NCBI GenBank assembly: GCA_977030845.1
Contig: OZ365116.1
Coordinates: 16,864,001 to 16,928,000, forward strand
Direction: 5' to 3'
DNA length: 64,000 nt
Source: Fimbriosthenelais zetlandica
Taxonomy: Eukaryota
Under the pieces are notes generated by a model. The model was not told the origin of the DNA. It did not search any database and worked only from the letters and a program-made list of their open reading frames with translations. Shown here one piece after another: positions 37,301 to 50,500 of the stretch (positions within the stretch are counted from its first letter, which is position 1; every line of letters starts with the position of its first letter). The translations under genes were made by a program, and so were the position numbers.

Positions 37301-39735
37301 AACTGCCCTATATTTCATGAATGGTGACAATAATATTTGTAGCTAATGACATGTTTGAAAAGAGGGAGCATGGAAACAAACATCTGTACCGACGTCCATC
37401 ACCAATCCACCGCCAAATGTATAAAGGCGGAGTGAATTTAATGAGGTACACAGGATCACTAAACATGACACTAATTAAAATTATCAGTTAAAAACTCCTA
37501 CTCCAGTAACTCTCAACATGTCCATATGTACAAACTTTTACTAATACAAAGCAAAAGTCTGCTCCATGTATACATGCTCAAAGTCACATGAGAGGCTGGG
37601 GCTGGGAGGCCTATTTGTGAAGAAGAATTAAACAAATGAGGACTTCTTTTAAAGTGAACAGTTCAAAATTAACGAGGGACTGTAGCAATTATAGTCTCCA
37701 CAACTTCCCTCTTTGAAAACCACCACAACTCATCAACGTTTTCCATCAAATCTTGATAATATAACATCTCAACATACCCTTTGAGACGATGCAGCCCCTT
37801 CACTCTAATTCCTCATACCAGTTTTCTTTTTCACAAACACACATTTCACATGTTGCTCAAAAGTTTTTCTCTATGCTTCTTGTTGTGTCTTTCGCCTGGC
37901 AAGTGTCACCTGTCTATACCTGTTGGTAGAGTTTGATAGACTGGGGGTTGGGTGGAGTTGGGAAGGGCTGAGAGGGATAACTGGGAGGCTCGGAATAGCG
38001 AGAAGCATCGGCAAGGCGCTAGGTCCGTGCTCCGGTTCACAAGGGCGGCTGACACTAGTTACCTGTGCCTATGTGAGGATTCCAAGCAATGGCAACAACC
38101 CTCCCCCTTGCTTTTACAGTCACCTACGAGACTATGCGAGTCCTTAACACACTGTCTCCCCAGCCTGAAGCTTGTATATTGGAGAAAACCTAGTACACTG
38201 TTAGAAGTGAGTGGCAATGGGGGAGGTCCAGGTATGTGATGGCGATAGAGCGGAGCATTGCTGGCGCTCTCCACCTTCTCTTCCCCCTCTCTTTATCGGC
38301 TAACACTGGCGAGTTTTACCGCTAAATAGCCGTGTAAATACCGCCGTCTATGTGAGCAATCCCAGCTAGAGCAGGAATCCAATGGAAATTCCGCTAATTT
38401 GTGAATGACACACCAATGCTAGTAATGACAGTCTTTGATAAGACCAGTGCAGGTATTACTATGGAAGACTACATTGTATAGAGCCTCCTACCAGAAAAGA
38501 CCTGGCTTATCTATTAGAGGCTAAAAATATAGAGGTCAGATTAAGCCGAAAAACTGGGACAAGTCAGTATACTAAACATCACTTTATCCATTAATGAAAG
38601 GGGAAGGGACAAAAGGGCCTATATTACTGGAAAGAAGATACAAGCTCTTTCTACAAGAGACAAGATAAAAATAGTTGCTAACCGACAAGGTTGCTTATCT
38701 TCCTCTATAATCAGGACCACTGATCTAGAATTGTGGGGCAGCAATATGGATAATAGATCCACGACACAGATGGGGCGATGAGAAAGGAGAAAATAAGTAA
38801 AGGAGTGAGTAGAGGGCAGGATGGGGAGAGAGATAAGACGCTCACCCCGCCTTGGTCAGTGGACTGGGGGAGGATGAGGGATGGGGTGATCCCCGATCTC
38901 CTGCACCTGTGCTGATCCACGATGGATGGACTGGTCTCCTCCTGTGTGTGGTCCCTGTCTTTATCCTCCACCTTTCATCTAACCCTCATCCATAGTAGAC
39001 AGACAAAGGTACCCACTATTACTAGTTAGCATTAAAAGACCCACTTATGGTATTTATAGAGGCATCCTTTGAAATAGTCCCACCTACAACAACGAGACAT
39101 TTTTGAACATCTTTATCCGCTGATATACCTGAAGCATCTTATGTAAAAGTAGGGATTAATTGAAACACAACTCCGTGGACTTGGGCTGGAGTTTGTTTAC
39201 GCACTTCATTCGAGGTTCTAGGATGTTTCGAGGACATGAATCTGAGCTCGCCACCCATGGGGCAAGCAATCAAGTCATAGCACATGATACTCTGCTATCT
39301 GAAAGAGGGCTTCTCCAGTAACACCGACTTCAGAGAGCCGCATTATGGGAGCCAGCAATCACCAAGTACCCCAAGATACTAGGTAGCAACTACAATATAT
39401 GTAATATATAATATGCATATATATACTTCACATAGATACATATAGCTTTATGAGGCATGCATGAAGAACAAGAGGCGGTGATTAGATACAAATTAATTTA
39501 TTTCTTAATTACAGCAACCGATGAGATGACCATCACTATACAATTATGTACACATAAGGATCACTATGATAATATTATATCAATAGTTTCATAGCTTATA
39601 GGAACCTGTTCAAGACTAGACTCGGGTTACTTCTTACCACAAAATACAACAAATCATCGACTCCATAAAGCTCAAATCTGCTCTGTCATTCCTGTTACAT
39701 CATATAGCTCACTGAAACGTCTTGATTTTCTGACA

Positions 39736-40126
39736 CCAGGGGCGGATCCAGGATCAACTGCGTGGGCTCTAGATTTAATTTAGATCTAAGGAAGTCCCAA
39801 CCTCCAGAAATGTGCAAACGTTTGCCAACATTCTAATGGGATTGTCATTCTATTGGGGTAGGACATTTATGTGGGTATCGCCCTCCAATTGAATTCTATT
39901 GGGATAGGACATTTATGTGGGTATCGCCCTCCAATTGAATTCTATTGGGGTAGGCCATTTATGTGGGTATCGCCCTCCAATTGAATTCTATTGGGGTAGG
40001 CCATTTATGTGGGTATCGCCCTCCAATTGAATTCTATTGGGGTAGGCCATTTATGTGGGTATCGCCCTCCAACTGAATTCTATTGGGGTAGGCCATTTAT
40101 GGAGAGATGTTAGGATCCGCCACTGG
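39736..40126. mobile_element. MITE-like element (391 bp) with 14-bp terminal inverted repeats enclosing a minisatellite
   Basis: Left CCAGGGGCGGATCC (39736-39749) versus the reverse complement of the right end, CCAGTGGCGGATCC (40113-40126): 13/14 match. No coding capacity. No clean target-site duplication visible. Confidence 0.6.
39847..40101. repeat. 46-bp tandem repeat, about 5.5 copies
   Basis: Unit ATTCTATTGGGGTAGG(A/C)CATTTATGTGGGTATCGCCCTCCAATTGA starts at 39847, 39893, 39939, 39985 and 40031, with a partial copy at 40077. Only a few substitutions and no spacers. Confidence 0.97.
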
Positions 40127-41520
40127 AAACCTCTTTCTAGACACTCAAGGCAGAATGAAATTGTAGTTTATAGGTTGATTACTTTAATTTAAACGTAATA
40201 AACTGAGTTTCAGCAGTATAATTAACGGAACCATGTTTTTTCATTCCTCCATGGTGAGATGTCTTACAAGATTTCCATCCCATTCAAGATTTAAATAAAT
40301 TTATTCATGGAAAAATACACATAATATTAGGATAATAAAATATAAATAATTTTATCAATGTTTAAATTAAAAGGGAATTATCTCGTAAGAACCAAACCGA
40401 AGAAGAATTGCAACGGATCTTCTATTCACACTGTCGCACTTCCTCCTGTAGGAAGTGCTCTATATTGAACGTTACAGTAATGTCAGGCTTGATACATTAG
40501 AATCACTCGAATATGAACCGTTTATAAATAGTCTCACAGATGATGATTACGGTCAACAATGTCTGATGAAGAGTTGAATGAATATGAAGGTAGGAGTGTG
40601 ATATGTCTGGATGAATTATGAAAATGATTTAAATTAAGCTGTACATGGCCCTCAACCAAGGCCTTCACACTGGTCAGTCCTCCCACTATTACATGATTAA
40701 TCCATAGCCATCTACATAGCCATCATCTCATTAAATAATCTAATTAAATACTGTACAAAAATAGAGAACATCCATCCCCCCATTCCCACGTGTATAACCC
40801 ACACCTCTTGAGAGAGACTTTCATTGGAATGGCATTGTTTTAAATACAGAGTGAAATGATGTCAAGAGGATATCAAGAGGAATTGGAATTTTAAATAAGA
40901 AATTTCACCTGAATATTTCATCTTACTCGTTGTATGTGATCCTTTGTGTTGGCTATTGACGTATGAGATATGACTGATACAAAATATTCCTGAACAAATT
41001 TACTTTTTTCTGGGGACCCATTTCAACATAGTATACAAAGGTATAGAACTGGGTGTGCCAAGTGTAACTGATGCAAGCATCATATTGGAATCTAAATACC
41101 ATGACCTATTCAATTTTTTTTCGGTATAAAATATCTTAAATCCACCAGTCGGAGCAGACAAAAAGGCCATAGATTACATCAGTGTTAGCCAGAGGTGCCT
41201 GGAGCGATGGTAGATTGCAAAACACGATGCACACCTATAGATCATTACTCAATGTGAGCATTTGATGAAAACAAGTCCAGTAAATCATTTGTCACTCTTA
41301 TTTTTCCTCTCTCCTTCCTCTCCCTCCCTGTTCATCCTTGTCGGGCCCAATTACATTTATCTCTGCTCCCGATATAAATGGTCCCCCTCCGCTTTAATGG
41401 GGTGAATAAATCAGCCTTTACAGGCAGGGCCATCCACACAGGAGGACCACGAGAGCTGCTCCCACTCCTCTTCCCCCTCTTCTCTTGCTCCTCCTGCTCT
41501 TCCCTCTGGGAATGGGATGA

Positions 41521-44500
41521 TCAAAACCAGTATAAGTCCTTGCTTGGTTCTTGTACCGATGGCTCAATACCACCTGAAAAATAGAACAAGATGAAAAGAT
41601 CTTAATTTCATATTTCTAAAACAATATTTGAAGTGAGAATATCTCATGAATCTTTTTTAATAAGAATTGATTTATAATTAAACACATAAACTATTTAGTC
41701 GTGAAAATGTACATATTTCAGTAAAAAAAATATAATAAATTGAAATATTAAAAAGATTATTGATTAGTAGGTCAAACTAGCGTGCTTTAGACTGTGAGAT
41801 TTATCTAGAGAGCCATTCATTTAATGTCATTAAAAAGCACCATACATCGCGTCATCATCCTCAATGCCTTAGAGGTGTTTGCCCTGACTTACTGCACCAT
41901 TGCAATAATAATGATAAACAGTCCATCATTTCACCCCTAGGTTAACTTAAAACTGTGATGCAACCTCGTTACCTGCCGACCCGTCTACCCTCCTTGATGT
42001 CGGCAAGCCATACATTCCCTGAGGGCTTGGGTCCTGACCTTGGCTTCATTTCTCACTCAGATATTTCACTGATATTCCCTGCTACTATAACCCACGCAGG
42101 GTCCTAATACTCTGAGACAGCTAGCCCCAGCAGAGACACTGACTGGTCTGTCCCTGGGGCATGGCATGATACACCGCTGAGATGTATATGCCCTGAGATC
42201 ATTTGGCCTGACACCATGAATGATAAAATTGGGCCGTGAGGAAAGCAATCAGCATCCAGTAAAGTCATATGATTTATGAGAGGAGATATGTACTCAGCGG
42301 TTTAGATGGAGAGCTAGAAAATGTAATTGATTATGGTTGGTTTCATATCACTGAGAGGTTGGTTATGTACGATATTCCTCAAGGCGTATATACATCACCA
42401 TCTATTTTAATAAACAACCTTGCAGGGTACACTAGCCTAGCTTTTGCTTCATTCTATCGGAAATATAGAAATTATTTTCATGATGCGGCTAACTGCATTT
42501 AGAATTTCACAAATATTTCTAAGTAGGCTATATACATGTGTACGTATAGTCTAGAATAGAACGTTTAAAATTCCAGAAAGATTCCAACAACATTCCAGAC
42601 CAACTCGAATAAGCCACGGCATGAAAATCGTGGAATATTTTTGTGATTTCGGACAAGAATGACGACACCTTACAATGATAGGCAACACTACTTAGAAGAA
42701 GAGTGTTATCTGTCAGTTTTGACAGGAGCATGCAGATTCCTGGCATGTTATACAGCCGTGCTTGTCTAGAGTCTAGGTTACATTAGAAAACTGCCAGTCT
42801 ACATTAGAGGCCTCTGATGAGAGTGGTCGGTGTTGTTTGGTGATTACGTGTGGATACTGTGTTTTTGGTCTTTAGCTCGGCTCGGCTTTGGCCCTCTCTC
42901 GGATGAGGCAGCTGTTGGTTGAAGTCATTTGAAAACATGGCTGCTCTAGTCTCCTTCTTCCACAACTATATCTCCTCCCTTACTACCACATACTCCCAAC
43001 TCGCTATTCCTTTTAATCGCTTCCTTTCTTCTCTCTCGACTCAGTCAACTCCTTTGCATACTTTTCTATACCTCCTTCCATCCCTTTAAACTCTTCTATG
43101 CACACCATCCCGTAAAAAGTGTTTTAGTTACTCCTTCTTTACGCCCTTACCGTTTGTTTTATCCCACTCCTGGTACAAGGCTTGTACAGACTTAACAGAG
43201 AATAGCGCGTGTGCTGGTATTTATATACATCTACCGTTGGGAGCAAGTTTTCAGATCATGTACAACTTCCCCGGGTTCATCACCCAGCCAGACTCCACTC
43301 GTTCCTGGCACTGTTTACTAAACCACCTAATTATCAGCCAGAAGCAGAAGGCCAGCTCTGATTTCCCCGCGTCTCCCCCTCATCCTCCCCGGATCATCGC
43401 CTTCTCTCCCTCCTCACACCTGCCGCCGATCAACTCCCACTGCCCCGAGGTACAGTTTTAAAGATCCCATTAAGATTACATGCTTTACTGCTCAGGACAT
43501 CCAGCTTTCACCAGCCCAGTAAAGGTTTTCTGCTGGGTTAAAATATGAGAATCCTGAGATGAGGAGGTAGAAATATACCCCCTCTAATTGGTTAGGGCTT
43601 CTTTGGCATGCCTGAATTAGAGTACTCTTAGATCAAATCGGCTATTTCACACCATTAAGAAAGAGCGCTGGCTTCTAAAATACATTATAGAAGATTGTGG
43701 CTTGCTGGGCATGTGTATAAGAGGAATTCTTGTCATGTTTTGAGTTATCAGCACTGCTGCTCTTTACAGAGATAAGAGCTGGGGCCGAGCTGTCAAATAG
43801 AGGGATGATTGATGGTTACAGGCCTGCTGGTGATCGGGCGAGGGGAGGAGAGGGTGATGGTATAAGTAGTACAGTGAGATGTTGATGGATGGTCTATACA
43901 GTAAGACCCATCTCTGATAACTAGTCTGCTATCAGCTACCTTTCCCTTTCATCTCTCATTCTCATCCCCATCTAACCACTTACAGCGAGCGTGCCGTGAA
44001 GTTAGCGAGAAAAATACATGATGAGAAAAGCTGGTAAATGTAAAGCCCGGTGCAGTGAGGCTGAATCAGAGGGAAGATGTATGTAAAAAGGAGGTGGGTT
44101 TGACTATTGAATATGTCGATTCTGGTGTTGAAGGCTATTCACTGTACCGTACAAGTACCAATCTATAAGAGAGATTATAGAGTCCTAGCCTATGTAACCA
44201 TCAATGTAATAGACCTTTAACACAAAAAAAACATTTCATGTTTTGTGTGGAAGGATGTCTAGACATATCCCCATGGTCTATGTTCTATTATATGTGGAAA
44301 TAGTAGATTAAGAATGAAAGCTATATTGAATGAACGATCAAGAGCCGGAAGTGCAGGAGGCAGCGCATCTCTCTGCTCTCCCATCTTCCTCGCCCCATGA
44401 TCGACTCTCGCCCTAGAGGAGGCCAATAAATTGTGCACTTTATTTAGAGATCGATTTTGTGTTCTTATTAATTTTTCTTGGCGAGTAATCGCAGCAGGTT

Positions 44501-47500
44501 GACGGGCGCACAATAGGGGTTATTGTGCTGGCGCTGCTAGCCGATCGCGTCTCCAGGTATCAGGAATGTTCCAACTAGCAGACGACAATTACCCACGCCC
44601 TAAGTGCGCGTGCGCCGGACTATTATTACTGCCGCCTTCTAACCGCTACCTCATTTATCCTTCCGCTGCTCACACATCACGTGACAAAGCGGAAAATAGG
44701 ACGGACTACAAAAGTTAATATAGTTTAGAAAGCAGGTGATAAGGCAATTTCCCACTCATACTGCCAATGGGCACAGGCGCCTACAGATTAAATGGTAAAA
44801 TCCAGATTTCGAACGCCATATATGCCAACTAAATTGAATCTATGTTTATAAATAACTAAAATTATTTATAATGATTCGACTGCATGAGAGTTGAATGTAC
44901 GTTGAGATAGTGAAAGAGCGGTGGGTATCAAATCTACATGGGCGTCAAATTCACCAGGTGGCTATGATTTTCCATTTGAAATTGGAACAAGATCTTTATC
45001 ACTTCATTTTATAATATCGAGATAACAATGGGAACAAAATATGTTCAGGATACAGAGGAATATCTCATCGATTCCAAACTCAATCTCTTCCTGAGATTTT
45101 CAGATAGCATTTTGCTTCAGGTGTAATTAATGGGGCCAAAACCTCCAATTATACTTCAAAGGCTGGAGGCAGGCGCGGCCGTGGTGGGGGTAGGGACGTC
45201 TTTTGTCCTGTTGTGTATGGCTCATGGGGTGTGGAATAGGAAGGAACAGGAGGACCATGGTTGGAAACAAGCTATAGCGCTTCTTTCTCTCTCTCCATCT
45301 CCCCCTCTCGCTTCCTCGTCTGCCTGCGGTTTATTGCTTGGCCTCAAAGCTAGGGGGCGCGTCGGTGAAAGACGTGAGCGGTAGGCCACCATTCTTATCC
45401 ACAGGAGATGAGCTTCATTCCACCTCCAGCGTCTCCATGGAAACTAGTCCTCCCCATGGCAACCAGTGACAACAAGTTGGTCTTGTAACCCCGTGCTGGC
45501 AGACATAGGGCGGCATTCATTATGTGGAGGCCGGCAGGAGGCGGTAACAACAATTACAATCTCCAGCCACACCTACTCCCTCTCCACCCTCCTATAACTC
45601 ACTCGCTCCATTTTTCTCCTCCACGGACACCCTAAGCCTTTATTTTCCTCCCAACCATCGTCTAGTAATTTATTGATCTACTTCAATGCTGCCCCGTGAC
45701 CTACTATTTGAAGGACCTATCTCTCCAAAAGTATAATTTAATTACCAATAAAAGAAATTATGATGTATAAGGCCTATCCCACCCCTTTCCATTTCCTTTC
45801 AAAACCAAGAAATAGGGGCATACATTTTTAAAGATTATTGCAATATGTTAATTCCCAGATTTATATGAGAATTAACACACTTTTTCATGCGGTAAGTAGG
45901 CCTAAATCACTGTAAAAGTGATTAGGGGCCTAATGTTCAGTGTATGAGGGTGGGTTCTGGTGTCTCCAGTGTCTATCTTCTAAGCCTACAATATAAAGCA
46001 AGCACGCAGATCTAGGTAAAGTAAAGGGAGTACGTACTTACCGGCTGTGATGGCTGAGTGGAGGTGATGTGTGGTGTCATGATGACTAGGTAAACTAGAT
46101 GACAATGTCTCTGGGTGATAACGACTACTCCAGCCATCCACGGTGTGTTTACCAAGGTCACATTGACCGGAGACGCCGCCCAGCCTCCCGGCGGGTCCCA
46201 GTAAGGAGGAATAGTGCGGCTGGAAGCGGCTACTGCCGGCCACGTAGGCCATGTCATGAACGTTAGGGTGGTTATGAGTGTAAGGTACACTGTGTGATTG
46301 TGACGTCAGTGAGTAACGCCATGGGTCACTGCCCAGTGACGACATGGAGTGGAGTTGTGACGTCATGTAAGCGTCACTGGAGGCGGAGTGGAGCGATCCT
46401 AGCGGGTCGTGAGCGAGTGAGGAGGAGGGCTGGTAAGTGGAGTTCCAGAAGGACGCTGGGAAATTTCTTTGGGCCATAGGCGATGTGGCTGTAAGAAATA
46501 CATAATATGATTAGATATGGTTATCAAAATCTTAAATTTAGCATACGCTTATATAACACAAATGAACACAAGATGTAAAATAGCAGACCAAATGGTATAT
46601 TAAAACTCCATGGTTAAAAGATATTCTTGAGGATGTGTGTGTGATACATTAATCGGGCTAATGCCCATCAATCTGTCAAACCTCCACCCCATCACTGGCT
46701 ATATTCTCACTACCTTCAATCAGCGCGACCAAGTCCGCGAGATGAAGAGAATAAATCCAGTACTGGCTTATAACTAGGCCTGAGGGATGGATTCTGTCTG
46801 CGACCACTGATACGTGGATAGTCAGTCTGACTGAGGGGAAGGTAGGAGACCAGGGGCACGTTATATAACTGAAAAACAGATTGATTCTTTTCTGAAACAG
46901 GCCCCGGTACTCCCCTCTTTCTCCAGGTGATAAGGGGAAGTGTTGAGGGGGAGGGGAGATAGAGAGGGATCAGCTGGAGGGCTGATAAGGCTGTGTCTGG
47001 TATCAGAGGGTAGGTATATATCATACAGGATGTGAGAGGTGATGTAGGTGAGGAGGTGCTGGAGGAGGCAGGCTTACACCATATCAACATCCCTATACAT
47101 GTGTATAGTCACAATATGAAATGTCAAATAGGAAGGACTGGCGACAATGACAATATATCTCTCATACTCAGTCCTGGTTTGAATCACAAGACCGTCAGTG
47201 AAAGGAAAGGATGTCCTGTTTGACAATATATTACTGGATCCCTGTGTGGTCGATCTGTGACTCATTAACAGCCTCATATATTGTCTCGCCTTATACGCCT
47301 GGTCAGTAATCACCTGTCGCCATGGACAAATTCCCATTTCGTAAGTGGCCATCACTGTGGCAACAGTGGGTGAATGGCGACAATATGCGTCATAGATAAG
47401 TGTGATTGTCTCACATACAGTGACCACTGCAGTGGTCAGCCATTCACCGTACTTAACACATCCTTTCTGACGGAATATTTCATTAATTTGAAAATATCCA

Positions 47501-50500
47501 TCAATACGGCATATGCTGCCTATATATACCATTCTTTTATGCATAAATTCACGGAAAGTAGCTTTATAGGGGATCTTCATGTATTGCTACTTTTAAATAT
47601 TGGGAATAACCAAATTCTCTATGGTATAACTTCACCAATTAAAGGTGAACATAATTGACTATATTCCTATTTCATTTCTCTTTGCCCATGACGCCCGTGG
47701 GTGAGCGCCGCGAGCCGTGCTGGATCGGGCGGCAGTGAGAGGGATCAAACCCCGCCCTGCAGGATGCGGCGCCGCGTGCTCCCTCACTCACCCCCACAGA
47801 CACGGCACACCTGGAGGAAACTGACCAGTGGTCAATATACAGGTGTATAGGTGGTCTGAAGGGCGCGTGATCGGCGGGTGGCCGGGCGGCGGGCTGGATG
47901 ATGCGGACACGTGTACAGACACGGGCCGCGGGGGCGGGGAACCAAGGAAACAGGAGGGAAACACAAACAGACGTGTAGATCAATTTACACTCTCTAACAA
48001 GGTGACATTGACATTATCTACACATCACCTCCTAGGAGCCTTAATTGTTTCCAAGGAAACCTTTAATTTGGCAACATTATTTTGGAATTGGAACAAAGGA
48101 AATTATAATTTATACATTATATAAATGAATGGTAAAGGACTAGAAGTGTGGGGCAGGTAATGGAGGGATTTTTGCACCTGGTCAATATTCGACTGTCCAT
48201 CACCTGTGGTCAGTTAACCCCCCTTTGCCTGAATGGTCAGGAGCTGCTCGCGCGGGAGAGAGTTGGTCATGTTGATGACCCGTACATCCTGATGGTGGAG
48301 GGCAGACTGTCCATGCTGGTACATATATAGGATGAGCACTGTGAGTGTGTTAAATGAAGCCCGGGGTGGGGAGGTCAGTCAGCGGGTCAGTGTATTAACA
48401 CCACTACCTCTACATCATCAGTATGTTCCTCTCATTAAAGACCTCAAGCAGCTAACTTCTTTGAGCAAACATGCATGGCCTACCATAATTTGGTTCCGCT
48501 TTAAGGTCGAATATATTAATCATAAAAAGGCTAATTATTCAATGATAAAACATTGAATCGGCCAGCTCAGCCATACGAATTCTATAATACCAATAATCAA
48601 AAATGACTTCAAAGCCATGGGTCAGATATAGTTGGGTATCTATATTTCTTCAGAGGAGAGTGCAGGCCTACTTTTTTGTGTGGCTTATGCCCCTAATGAA
48701 GAATCCATGAAATAGAATACATGTAAAGCATATATATAATGCTTGATTTGTAGTCATTTCTAAATCCAATCAGTGTGAATAAATCTCTCACTTCACCTCG
48801 CACTACATGTGAAGCACGTGTTACCACACATGTGAGCGCTTCTCCACGCTCTCTCTACGCTAACTTTAAGACAGTCTGCCATCTATATTCACATCCAAAA
48901 CATGTCAGATTAAACGTCCGAGCTGTTAAACATATTAACATGTTCCTTCAGTGGATCTGCTATACTCCAGCTGGGGGTGTGTATGTGATTGGTTACCCTA
49001 GGTGTGTGTTAATGTGGGTACGTCTGAGAGTGTGCTGGTTAATGGGTAAATGCCTCTGGTACGAGCTGGATGTAATGGGTCCGTTTCATAAAAAGAAATG
49101 TAGATATTTCCATGTTTTAACATGGCTGGGATTTCAGAAGAGGAATGGGTATTCTTTCTGAATATAAAATTTGTATGAAACTATATATACCAATGATGGG
49201 TATATAGCTTTCTCTTGAAGGCGCCTCGAGGCCAGCAGATCCTGGCCATCATTAGCCAGGCAAACTAACACATCATCTCTGTGCTCCCTCACTGACTTCC
49301 ACATGGCCCCGGCTATCTAAACTGACAGCTAATCTATAGCACCTATAGACTCAACCTTCATATATCTATCCTCTTTGACTTTATTATTTTTCCAATCAGC
49401 CTGCTAAAAGCTCACATTAATGTTTAAATATAATTCATATATAATTTTTGCTAATAAATGTAGTATTAATGTAGTATATTCATTTAAATGACCCTATACT
49501 CAAAGAGAGACCTAACTGAGGACTGCATGTAAGGACAGGTGTGAACGTAAAAGGAAACAGTTCTAAGCTGTGTTCACTGGGCGAACAATTCACACTGAGA
49601 TAACCTGGATGAGTCTGGGGGTAAGTGGAGGGCAATGAACAAGATAATCAGAGGGGGCACCATTTCCACTTCCGCTCCTCCAGCACGTGTGTGGTCAACA
49701 CCTATCCCCCAACATCCTCTACTCTTCCCCCATCCCTGAAGACGCATTAACTTTGTGATTCTAATTAGTCCTAAAACCATTTTGCGGCAGTTTTTGATTG
49801 CTGATGTTAAATCAATTTGGGGTTCTGTCACTGTGCATAATCTCTGAGGGGAAAGTGGTAGTAGACTATAGTGGAAGGTGACAGGGTGAAATAGTGTCGA
49901 ACAGCTGAGGGTAATGTAGGCCCGAATGAAGAACGAGATAATAAAAGAGGAGAGAAAGGAAAGTGAATGACATTCGGTGAGGTTAGAGAAAAGAGAGGAG
50001 AAAGGACTATGGAGAGAGGGAGTGGGAGTTTAGGTGGCGGTGAGCTGGCTGGAGCATGTGTGGCTGTGGTCAGTGGTGTGTATAGGAGCGTATAACAAGC
50101 TCTCCTTCACGTGAGCAATCATGGAGCAACTCGGCACATACGGCCATCTCCTCACCCAGACCTCACACTGACAGACACGGCTTCCTGGATGTGGCGACCA
50201 ATCTGTCTACAGATACAACATATAAAGCTACCCTAATATAGCTCACAATCTCAGTGCTTCTTAATCCACATATTAAAAACTTTGTGATCATTTTAAACAT
50301 TGTGGTTTTCTTAAGGAGATGGGGGTGGTCTCTGTTTTTCTTAACTCTTTTCTTCTACACAGTGGAAAGATGGACACGTGGCCAACGTGTAAAGGATCAA
50401 TTTTAGTTTAAACTCACAAAGACACCATAAAAGTGAAGCCATGTGGTCTAACCATACACACACCCATCCTCCACCTTTGATGGCTCTGTAATTTTCCCAG

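Noticed and set aside
37294-37303. GGATTCGAAC, a reverse tRNA/SINE B-box-like word
   Set aside because: No A-box or cloverleaf around it.
39847-40101. 46-bp repeat array as a possible CRISPR
   Set aside because: Units are contiguous with no unique spacers, there are no cas genes, and the context is eukaryotic. It is a minisatellite.
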